DNA from: a virus
Taxonomy: Duplodnaviria > Caudoviricetes
Length of the DNA: 57,591 nt
Virus record (IMG/VR): IMGVR_UViG_3300012031_000015
Coordinates: 1-57,591 of that record
Reading direction: 5' to 3' (one strand)
Shown here: positions 1 to 7,211 of the stretch, piece by piece
Position numbering within the stretch: position 1 is the first letter of the stretch
How the letters are laid out: every line of letters begins with the position of its first letter
Notes under the pieces: generated by a model
What the model was told of the DNA's origin: nothing
Seen by the model: the letters and a program-made list of their open reading frames with translations, nothing else
Database searches by the model: none
Made by a program: the position numbers and the translations under genes

Positions 1-2
1 AC

Positions 3-83
3 AGAGTGCTGTACTTGACACAAGCTGGCATTGCTGCTGCAAAAGCACTGTACTACGCCCGAGCAGCTGAGTTTGCTGCTTAG
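3..83 (+). CDS. 3' end of a truncated early gene (..RVLYLTQAGIAAAKALYYARAAEFAA*)
   Basis: Frame 3 is open from the window edge to TAG at 81-83. YLTQAG resembles a winged-helix C-terminus. Same codon style as neighbouring early ORFs. Confidence 0.4.
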   Translation, partial: RVLYLTQAGIAAAKALYYARAAEFAA

Positions 84-173
84 CACTAAATTAAAATGAG
101 CTGTTGACAAGGACGTTAACAGGACAGCAGCATAGACACAGTTAGGCCCCGCTGTTGCCTAATAAAAAATAGC

Positions 174-202
174 TTGACACGCTGGGCACAAGGCGCTATA
201 AT
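174..202 (+). promoter_or_regulatory. sigma70-type early promoter
   Basis: TTGACA-N17-TATAAT followed by GCTTACACATTAAACAAA, a downstream element shared with the promoters at 1025, 1615 and 2164. Confidence 0.8.
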
Positions 203-230
203 GCTTACACATTAAACAAACGCACAAAGA

Positions 231-666
231 GCAGCCACCTAGACTAGGACAACCAGTCTGGTCCCAGCGGACACGTTTGCACTAGTGAGCAAGGCTGCCC
301 TGCTCGACCAACAACGTCTGTAACAGATCTCTAAATAAGACTTATTTAGAGACTGGCTGGACTAACTCCTGCCCACAGCCTTAGGCGGCGCCAGCTATAC
401 CCCAGCGTCAGCCATACCGCAACAAGCCAACATTCAGCTCTAAGAGCAATCAAGCGCACAGCTGGCCTAAGAGCAGCACAGTGAGCATTAGTAGTCTTAG
501 GTAACACTGCGCCTGCACTAGCTGCTTGGGCGCAACAGTGCGCTCTTAGACCTAGCTCGCTACCATGCCAGCCGTTGTCTCGTTCTGTCCTGCTCCTAGA
601 CAAAGCCTAACGCCTACAGTTCTGTACCGCGTGACCTTAGGCCAACGAACATAGTCCAGTCTGGAC
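231..666. other. palindrome-rich non-coding region
   Basis: Odd palindromes at 238-248, 252-262, 317-327, 328-352 (12-bp arms), 378-386, 437-447 and 654-666. Long stem 464-479/538-552. No credible ORF. Confidence 0.6.
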
Positions 667-685
667 ACACTGCGTTATCTACTCG

Positions 686-977
686 TAACACAACAAAAAA
701 CTACTTGCAACTACATTACATAAAGTTAATGTTCGCGCGCCACCTCCTATATCTCACTGCAACGCTGCAATAATAACACAACAAAAAACTAATTGCAACT
801 ACATTACATAAAGTTAATGTTCGCATGTCTCGTCTCACCGCAATGTAATGCTGCAATACTAACACAACAAAAAACTAATTGCAAGCACATTACATAAAGT
901 TAATGTGCGTGTGGCAGCTCACTTTTAAATGCTAGCACATTGCGCTGCGCAATGCAAGCACATTACGCAAAGTTAAT
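686..977 (-). repeat. tandem ~51-bp direct repeats (686-736, 774-824, 860-910, partial 953-977), each carrying a leftward sigma70-like promoter
   Basis: Unit TAACACAACAAAAAACTAMTTGCAASYACATTACATAAAGTTAATGT with period 86-88. The minus strand reads TTGCAA/TTGCAT-N17-(TACGAG, TATTAT, TAGTAT, TAGCAT). Confidence 0.8.
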
Positions 978-1021
978 TAATGCAAATAAGTGCAAATAAT
1001 AGTATACACACATAATATACG

Positions 1022-1049
1022 TGTTATAATGTTTACACATTAAAGCAAA
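1022..1049 (+). promoter_or_regulatory. extended -10 early promoter
   Basis: TGtTATAAT plus the conserved GTTTACACATTAAAGCAAA, upstream of ORF 1106; weak -35. Confidence 0.65.
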
Positions 1050-1105
1050 GCAGCAATAACGCTGCAAAGCAGCAATAGTGCTGCAACACAAAAAAGTGCA
1101 AAATT

Positions 1106-1420
1106 ATGTTACAACGCTACGCACAGCAAGCTGTACACAACTACACACAAGTGCACACACAGCTAGTAACTGAGTACGCTGACACGCACGCTAACGCGCT
1201 AGCTGCTTGCATAGCGGAATTTGAGGAGGAGGAGCTGTACACACATTTATACAAAAAGCTACACACTGCAAATTATATTATGTACGTTAATGCGCAAAAT
1301 ATTGAAGTAGCGTATTTTAACAAAGCACAATTAACTGCGCATGTAAACACACAGCTTGCAAAAACATTTAATAAACGTGTAATGTTTAACTACACAAGTG
1401 GCAGCATATTTAACGTGTAA
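1106..1420 (+). CDS. hypothetical early protein
   Basis: 104-aa ORF downstream of a conserved promoter; no recognisable motif. Confidence 0.65.
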   Translation: MLQRYAQQAVHNYTQVHTQLVTEYADTHANALAACIAEFEEEELYTHLYKKLHTANYIMYVNAQNIEVAYFNKAQLTAHVNTQLAKTFNKRVMFNYTSGSIFNV

Positions 1421-1456
1421 ACACAAGTTAACTGTGTGTAATGTGCTAGCAACAAA

Positions 1457-1576
1457 ACGCTAGCACACAACGCAGCAAATTGCAACCCCACCACATAAAT
1501 TTAATAGACCGGTCGGCCGTTAGTTAATTATAGCATACGCAGTTGTACACTTGCAACCCCATTACAAAAAGTTAAT
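1457..1576 (-). promoter_or_regulatory. two leftward sigma70-like promoters
   Basis: Minus strand TTGCAA(1480-1485)-N17-TAGCGT and TTGCAA(1551-1556)-N18-TATAAT with extended TG. Both carry the same ATTAA(C/A)TTT upstream element as the 686-977 repeats. Confidence 0.6.
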
Positions 1577-1591
1577 AATTCAAAAGAGGTG

Positions 1592-1620
1592 TTGACCACC
1601 GCACCCATATGCCTTATAAT
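1592..1620 (+). promoter_or_regulatory. sigma70-type early promoter
   Basis: TTGACC-N17-TATAAT plus GTTTACACACTAAAGCAAA. Confidence 0.8.
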
Positions 1621-1658
1621 GTTTACACACTAAAGCAAACAAGCAAAAGGCGCACAAC

Positions 1659-2123
1659 ATGAACACTACTGTAGCAGCAATTACTAACACTTACCCCCCG
1701 CGTAGCAACACACTGGCAGTAAGTGGTTGGGTTCCGATTGCGGAGTTTGACCGTGTTGAAAAAGAGTTGCGTAAAGACATGCGTGGACTTGACATGCGCG
1801 TTTTTTACAGGGGGCCGCGTGACACACAGACGCAGCATACAAAACGCAAAGACGCAACACATGCTGTAATTTATTACAACAGGCCGCAGGTGCAAGTGCA
1901 AGCAGCAGCCCAAACAGTTGCAGCAGCAAAGCCCGGCAAAGCGTCTGTAAAGCCCAGCAAAGCACCCAGCAAAGCAGACTTGATACGTGCTGCTATTGCT
2001 GACTGCAAGCGACTAGCGCAGGGCAAAGACGTTGCTGTACTGTATGGCACAGCTGAGCTGGGCATGAAAGCAGCACTGGCGCGCACATACGTAAACAATA
2101 ACTGGGACAAAGTTATTGCGTAA
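1659..2123 (+). CDS. hypothetical early protein
   Basis: 154-aa ORF after a promoter and AAGG RBS; two domains joined by an Ala/Lys/Pro linker. Confidence 0.75.
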   Translation: MNTTVAAITNTYPPRSNTLAVSGWVPIAEFDRVEKELRKDMRGLDMRVFYRGPRDTQTQHTKRKDATHAVIYYNRPQVQVQAAAQTVAAAKPGKASVKPSKAPSKADLIRAAIADCKRLAQGKDVAVLYGTAELGMKAALARTYVNNNWDKVIA

Positions 2124-2140
2124 TAGTTGCAAATGAGCAG

Positions 2141-2169
2141 TTGACATGGACGTTAGCTGAGCTTATAAT
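2141..2169 (+). promoter_or_regulatory. sigma70-type early promoter
   Basis: TTGACA-N17-TATAAT plus GTTTACACACTAAAGCAAAGGAG. Confidence 0.85.
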
Positions 2170-2201
2170 GTTTACACACTAAAGCAAAGGAGCAGCACAA
2201 C

Positions 2202-2342
2202 ATGAGCACAATAACAAACGATGCAGAAGCAGTAATTGAGATGATTGAGTACAGCGCAAGCGTGTCCGACGTTGTAGCTTGGCTAGAAGAAAGAGACGCA
2301 AGGCTGCGAGCTGAAGCAAGCGCACAGCACAGCACACAGTAG
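2202..2342 (+). CDS. small hypothetical early protein (46 aa, MSTITNDAEAVIEMIEY...)
   Basis: Not in the ORF track because it is short. Has its own promoter and an AAGGAG RBS 9 nt before ATG; ends TAG at 2340-2342. Confidence 0.65.
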   Translation: MSTITNDAEAVIEMIEYSASVSDVVAWLEERDARLRAEASAQHSTQ

Positions 2343-2410
2343 CACAGTGTAGCACAGCACACAGCTGAGTGCAACTGTAGCGCACACAATAAATAGGTTG
2401 ACATTGACAC

Positions 2411-2566
2411 AAAAGATTCGTTCGGGAGTCGGGGTATACTAAGGCTAAGTCATTGTTTTAATTGGATAAAGGCAATGGTTGACCTTTGAGAAAAAAGATT
2501 TCTCGAGGTGGGGGGTCGGGGCATAGAAAGTCTAATGTTTTCAATGACTTAGCTAAAGGCAACGGA
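2411..2566. repeat. pair of imperfect direct repeats containing inverted 12-bp arms
   Basis: AAAAGATT..GTCGGGGYATA..TAAAGGCAAYGG occurs twice. GCTAAGTCATTG (2444-2455) and its reverse complement CAATGACTTAGC (2542-2553). Confidence 0.7.
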
Positions 2567-3028
2567 AATCTAATTCAAATTCATTTTAATAAATTAAAAC
2601 TACTGTTTTTAAAATGAGTGGGTACAAAACCACCACCTCAAAAGCAAAAGTACTTGGCCATCAAATTTCGCAGCGCAGAAAATAAAAGGGTGTAGAACCC
2701 TGGTCACCTCAACGTTCTCACTCTAGAAATTTTTGCGCAGAATTTTTTTTATTGCAGCGAACTAGTTTCGCCCAGCACACCAGTTCGCTTCAAGTACCCT
2801 ATCCCCAACGTGCAGTATACAGTGTTGTGCAGACCCGTGAGAGTCTTCTCACTGTGTGACTACGTTTTATCCACGGTATCACACAGAGTGTAAATTAAGT
2901 GCGCAAGGTGTAAATAAAGTGCAACACAGTGAATACCCTGGACCAGAGACTTTGAGGACTTCGAGGCAGCTAGCGTGAATTGCAAATTTGCGCTTACCGC
3001 TGCGCGGCTCGGGGGCCTACGCCGCTGG

Positions 3029-3056
3029 TTGACACGTTGTATAAAGGTGCTATAAT
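3029..3056 (+). promoter_or_regulatory. sigma70-type promoter of the paralogue operon
   Basis: TTGACA-N16-TATAAT with extended TG. Confidence 0.7.
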
Positions 3057-3086
3057 CTGCTTATACTTTGTTAAAAGAGAAACATT

Positions 3087-3464
3087 ATGCAAGATATGAT
3101 CTACACATTTGGGGATGCCACAACCATCTGGGTCCATGTGCGCATACAAAGTGGCATCTACGCTGATGATACTAAATGGGCTGAATTTGATCGCCAAACT
3201 TCCAGTATCGCACAGCTTAACGATACTCTGTTAGCACGAGGCGTGCCCTGTATACTCCATGATATTCAATACCATCTCAAAGTCTACTGTAAGAACCAAA
3301 GTGCACAGACACTGCTGCTGTTGAGCATACCCAACGGCTTACATTGCGGACAACCTAGAAGCGGTGCACATATAGTCGGCCACCCCTTAGATCAACTGTT
3401 GACAGTAGCTGACGCTTGTGGGCTGAAGTACACCTGCAGGGAACGAAGGAAGATTGTGATATGA
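3087..3464 (+). CDS. hypothetical protein, paralogue array member 1
   Basis: Motifs YTFGDATTIW, LLARGVPCIL, VYCKNQSAQTLLLL, ADACGLKY. Confidence 0.8.
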   Translation: MQDMIYTFGDATTIWVHVRIQSGIYADDTKWAEFDRQTSSIAQLNDTLLARGVPCILHDIQYHLKVYCKNQSAQTLLLLSIPNGLHCGQPRSGAHIVGHPLDQLLTVADACGLKYTCRERRKIVI

Positions 3465-3862
3465 TAGAAATTAATCGCCAGCATGACAGCTCTTGGCTGG
3501 GCAACGCTGATAGCAGATGGGTGGTGTTTACGCAGGATCTGCGCAACGCTGATGATGCGCGGCCTTATGAGCCGGATCGCATGGCCGCCGCACTGGTTGA
3601 TCTCATGGGAGATGAGATCAACGTCGCAGCTCTAGGTCTAATAAATCGAGGATGGGTTGCTATTCCTAATCTTGATCGACTTGAACTTGCTGTGCTGTGC
3701 AACAAAGGAGCACACCAAACTATGCTGTTATTGTCTATTGGAGGAAAGTTTAAAGTCAGCAGTTACTACACAGGCGTAAAAAGTGTGGTCCGTGGTTCTT
3801 GGGTTTTAGAACAACTAGAACAAAAGAACTTACTAGATTCAACAAAGGTATCAATGATATGA
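3461..3862 (+). CDS. hypothetical protein, paralogue array member 2
   Basis: Start re-placed at the ATGA overlap; motifs WLGNADSRW, LINRGW, LAVLCNKGAHQTMLLL. Confidence 0.7.
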   Translation: MIEINRQHDSSWLGNADSRWVVFTQDLRNADDARPYEPDRMAAALVDLMGDEINVAALGLINRGWVAIPNLDRLELAVLCNKGAHQTMLLLSIGGKFKVSSYYTGVKSVVRGSWVLEQLEQKNLLDSTKVSMI

Positions 3863-4224
3863 ACAAATATGTATTTGGAGATACCACAACCACTTGGATC
3901 TGTGTGTTTACTGGCGGACTGTGGTTAGGAGGCAACAACACCCAAGACCTCAAGGACCTAGTCACACTGCATAGACAACTACTCAACCGTGGCATACCTG
4001 CTGTACTCGAAATTGCAAATCGACCAGTAGCTGATTCCAGCGTGTCAGCACTTCTAGTGCACTGTGCAACACCCAAGGTCGAGACTATGCTGCGACTGAG
4101 CATGATAGGCACACTGTGGTGTGGAGAACCTAAGCTAAGCTGCTGCCACCTAAAAGATCCCAATGAGCGCATGCTAGCCGCTGCTGACTCATGCGGATTA
4201 AAATACACAATAGATAACAGGTAA
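3859..4224 (+). CDS. hypothetical protein, paralogue array member 3
   Basis: ATGA overlap start MNKYVFGDTTTTW; motifs LLNRGIPAVL, VHCATPKVETMLRL, ADSCGLKY. Confidence 0.8.
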   Translation: MNKYVFGDTTTTWICVFTGGLWLGGNNTQDLKDLVTLHRQLLNRGIPAVLEIANRPVADSSVSALLVHCATPKVETMLRLSMIGTLWCGEPKLSCCHLKDPNERMLAAADSCGLKYTIDNR

Positions 4225-4228
4225 AGTT

Positions 4229-4621
4229 ATGAACAAATATGTATTTGGAGATACCACAACCACTTGGATCCGTGTGCACCCTAACTACACAGGATACCCG
4301 CAAGGGCAAGCGCTAGATGTAATAGGACGAGGGCAACATCTTCGTATTCTGCAGGATCAACTACTAACCAGCGGTGTGCCCTGTGTGATCGGATATAGGT
4401 TAGGATCACCAACTATACCAGGAATGCTTGCAGTCTACTGTGCAACACCCAAGTTCCAGACCCTGCTGCGGTTAACAGTGGTAGAAGAACTACGTTGCGG
4501 CCGCGCTGGCCGTTACGGATTGATGGCTGAATCTATTAGTCAACGGCTATTAGCTGTTGCTGACGCATGTGGGCTAAAATACCGGCCTATGCTTCCACGC
4601 TGCCCGACTATATCAGATTGA
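4229..4621 (+). CDS. hypothetical protein, paralogue array member 4
   Basis: Motifs MNKYVFGDTTTTW, LLTSGVPCVI, VYCATPKFQTLLRL, ADACGLKY. Confidence 0.8.
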   Translation: MNKYVFGDTTTTWIRVHPNYTGYPQGQALDVIGRGQHLRILQDQLLTSGVPCVIGYRLGSPTIPGMLAVYCATPKFQTLLRLTVVEELRCGRAGRYGLMAESISQRLLAVADACGLKYRPMLPRCPTISD

Positions 4622-5076
4622 ACAATTTAAGTTATACAATTGGCGACCATACCACTCAATGGACAAATGTTTGGGCAACTGACACTCCAGAAACCTATAT
4701 CAGCTGCGGTTGGCAGGAAGATGCAGCTAGGCTAGATCTGCTGGATCAGTTTGGTTATATGCTGCTGAATAGAGGTGTGCCCTGCGTGATGCAACTAGGC
4801 AGCAGATTCCTAGCAGTGTATTGCAGCTCACCTCAAGCAGACACATTATTACAATTGAGTATGCAGCCGGTTAATGCGGACTTCGACTGGACGTCGTGGA
4901 TCACAAACGCTGTCCACGCACCATTGGACTATCACAGATCATACAAGTCACACAGATCAAATCAACTCGCTTTCAGAAGAGAAATTACTAGCGTTGGCTC
5001 ACGCATGTGGGCCGATCATTACTTACTACTAACAGCGACCCAACAATATGAGCAGCTACAGAATAGGCAACACTAA
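4618..5076 (+). CDS. hypothetical protein, paralogue array member 5
   Basis: Probable TTG start overlapping the previous TGA; motifs YTIGDHTTQW, LLNRGVPCVM, VYCSSPQADTLLQL. Confidence 0.7.
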   Translation: MNNLSYTIGDHTTQWTNVWATDTPETYISCGWQEDAARLDLLDQFGYMLLNRGVPCVMQLGSRFLAVYCSSPQADTLLQLSMQPVNADFDWTSWITNAVHAPLDYHRSYKSHRSNQLAFRREITSVGSRMWADHYLLLTATQQYEQLQNRQH

Positions 5077-5386
5077 TACCGATTGGATAACTGTATGGAA
5101 TATAACAGGTGTAGATTCGGGTACATACTTGGCTAGATTTGCGAGGCTACAACAATTTAATCATACTCTATTCAGGCAAGGTATACCCTGTGTGTTGAGA
5201 GAGGGCAGCGAACATCTGCTGGTGTATTGCAGATCACCACAAATCGAAATGTTATTTCATTTAATAATGCCAGACAAACTAAACAGTGGAGGTAAGTCGC
5301 GTGGAGCAAAGGTTGTACACGGCACTCATAAAGAGCTATTGGGTCTTGCTGGTCTCAACGGATTAGAGATTCACAAGCTACAATGA
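5048..5386 (+). CDS. hypothetical protein, paralogue array member 6
   Basis: Motifs YRIGNTNTDW, LFRQGIPCVL, VYCRSPQIEMLFHL. Confidence 0.75.
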   Translation: MSSYRIGNTNTDWITVWNITGVDSGTYLARFARLQQFNHTLFRQGIPCVLREGSEHLLVYCRSPQIEMLFHLIMPDKLNSGGKSRGAKVVHGTHKELLGLAGLNGLEIHKLQ

Positions 5387-5640
5387 CTAAAGATCCGTGG
5401 TATCATGCAGCTGAGTACTACACTGGAAAGACTGAGCAGTGGTATAAGATTACTCCCTCAAAGGATCAAGACTATAAGATGTGGTCTATTTACAGATCTC
5501 TGTTAAAACAGGGCTTTGTAACTACATACATGAACATGACTGGAGTGGTGTGGGCAATGCAACGTAGCGAACGAGACTTGAGCATTTTGTTACTCCTGGT
5601 AGGTACCAACACTATTACTCTGCACACCAAGTTAATCTAA
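5383..5640 (+). CDS. hypothetical protein, divergent paralogue array member 7
   Basis: ATGA overlap; weaker motifs YTGKTEQW, LLKQGF, SILLLL. Confidence 0.6.
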   Translation: MTKDPWYHAAEYYTGKTEQWYKITPSKDQDYKMWSIYRSLLKQGFVTTYMNMTGVVWAMQRSERDLSILLLLVGTNTITLHTKLI

Positions 5641-5662
5641 CCGTTTTCTACCATTCCAATCT

Positions 5663-5682
5663 AGTGGTACCCTAGTACCACT
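5663..5682. terminator. hairpin between convergent transcription units
   Basis: AGTGGTAC-CCTA-GTACCACT; no clear U-tract. Confidence 0.35.
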
Positions 5683-5732
5683 CGATTGTTATAGACCCGC
5701 TGTGCAGTGCGACAGACCCACTAAACGACGAA

Positions 5733-7169
5733 TTAATCGTCGTCACCGCCCAGGTTATTTAGGAACTGTCGTAACTTAGTACTGTCAGCCTCTGCTCGTA
5801 TTTTGCCCGTAGGCTTGTCTTCCGATGTATCCTCTTGTGTAGTAGAACTACTGCTTCCTCTCTTAATTGCGTTTACAATACTACTTCCGCTGTTGCCTGC
5901 GCTGTTGCTTGCTGTTGCATCTTCATCAATATCGTCACAATCTGAGATGCGCAATGTGTCTACATCAAACGCTAGGTCAATTTTATTACCCACACCACTT
6001 GAACTACGTGTCTTCATTAGCTGTATTTGATACCGGCCTCTTTCTCGCATTGCCCTGCTAGTGAAAATACCAAACACATTGTCTGCTGTTTGAATCTTAC
6101 TCAAGCCGCCTGAGATGTGACTGTGATCGAATTCTATTTCTTCTACTGCTCCCCTGTTCAACTGTGCTGCTGTAACGAACACAGTATTAAGTTCCATCGC
6201 CAAGTTACGCAGTTCTTCACTAACGTACTTGTCTTTAATGAACAAGTTTTCTGCACTTATTTTAGCACCATTTGGCATCAACAAGTCTAGGTAGTCAATT
6301 AACAGTACATCAACCTTACGGCCTGTCTTGATCTCGTACTCTTTGATGTAGGCTCGAATGTCATTAGGCGTCTTGCCTGATGGCATGTACTTGACCTGAA
6401 AAGCACCACTCTTCTTACCTATTATCCTAACTTTCATTTCAACATCGTCGATATTCTTAAATATCTCACGAGTTGTTATGCCCGACACCATACTGTCCAC
6501 ACGCATGCTCACTAGGTTCTCACTTAGCTCCAGCGTTACATACAGTACGTTTAAGCCAGCCAAGGCCCAGTTTACACCTAAGTTAGCAAGGAACAGTGAT
6601 TTGCCTGCGCCTGAGCCGCCAGCAAAAATATTTAATTCCCCTCGATTGAATCCACCAAAAAGTTTATTATCTAGGGCTGCCCACCCTGTTGCTACCTGTC
6701 CGTTATTGTCTTTAATTGCGTTTAGCCGTGCTCTTGGGTCTTTGAAGTAGTCTGTACCCAGGTCCTTCTGTAGACCAATTTGGACGGCTTTTTTCACAAG
6801 ATCCTCTACAGGACCGTACTCTCCTTTTTCTAGTAGATCTGCGCTCTGCAGAATAGCTGCTTCTAGTGCCTTGTGTCTTGCGAAGGTCTCGAACTCTGTG
6901 AGCAGCCAGTCATAATGATTCTCTTGTAGTTGCCCTGGATCTTTTAGTTTCGAATCAAGTGCTGCGTTTATCATATCAAACGTGGGCATAGCATTATATT
7001 CTGTGACATAGTTGTCAAGAAACTTTGCTGCCGGCTGTAAGCGCCTGTCAAACGCCTCTGGGTCAAAAACAGCTTGGCATCGAACGAATGTTTCTGCGTC
7101 AGTCATCATCATTTCAAGATATATCTTTTGTATTTCGTATCCGTAGTCTGTGTTTTGTCTAGTTGCCAT
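5733..7169 (-). CDS. gp41: replicative DNA helicase (T4 gp41/DnaB-like)
   Basis: Walker A GGSGAGKS, YVTLELSE, Walker B LLIDYLDL, TAAQLNR, MKTR; adjacent to primase. Confidence 0.9.
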   Translation of the reverse strand: MATRQNTDYGYEIQKIYLEMMMTDAETFVRCQAVFDPEAFDRRLQPAAKFLDNYVTEYNAMPTFDMINAALDSKLKDPGQLQENHYDWLLTEFETFARHKALEAAILQSADLLEKGEYGPVEDLVKKAVQIGLQKDLGTDYFKDPRARLNAIKDNNGQVATGWAALDNKLFGGFNRGELNIFAGGSGAGKSLFLANLGVNWALAGLNVLYVTLELSENLVSMRVDSMVSGITTREIFKNIDDVEMKVRIIGKKSGAFQVKYMPSGKTPNDIRAYIKEYEIKTGRKVDVLLIDYLDLLMPNGAKISAENLFIKDKYVSEELRNLAMELNTVFVTAAQLNRGAVEEIEFDHSHISGGLSKIQTADNVFGIFTSRAMRERGRYQIQLMKTRSSSGVGNKIDLAFDVDTLRISDCDDIDEDATASNSAGNSGSSIVNAIKRGSSSSTTQEDTSEDKPTGKIRAEADSTKLRQFLNNLGGDDD

Positions 7170-7211
7170 TTATTAAGTGTGTTTCCTCTCGTATACTTTA
7201 GTAATTATTTC

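Noticed and set aside
94-120. Promoter at TTGACA 104-109
   Set aside because: A degenerate copy of the 2131-2158 promoter flank with no -10 at the correct spacing
346-603. 85-aa minus-strand ORF
   Set aside because: TTG start, no RBS, no motif; overlaps the palindromic element
686-910. CRISPR mini-array (51-bp repeats with 35-37 bp spacers)
   Set aside because: The spacers resemble each other (TCTCAC-GCAA..GCTGCAATA), the repeats are degenerate and non-palindromic, dispersed partial copies exist, no cas gene is in the window, and the units read as promoters
3087-5640. Diversity-generating retroelement
   Set aside because: No reverse transcriptase in the window, and no template/variable repeat pair differing only at adenines
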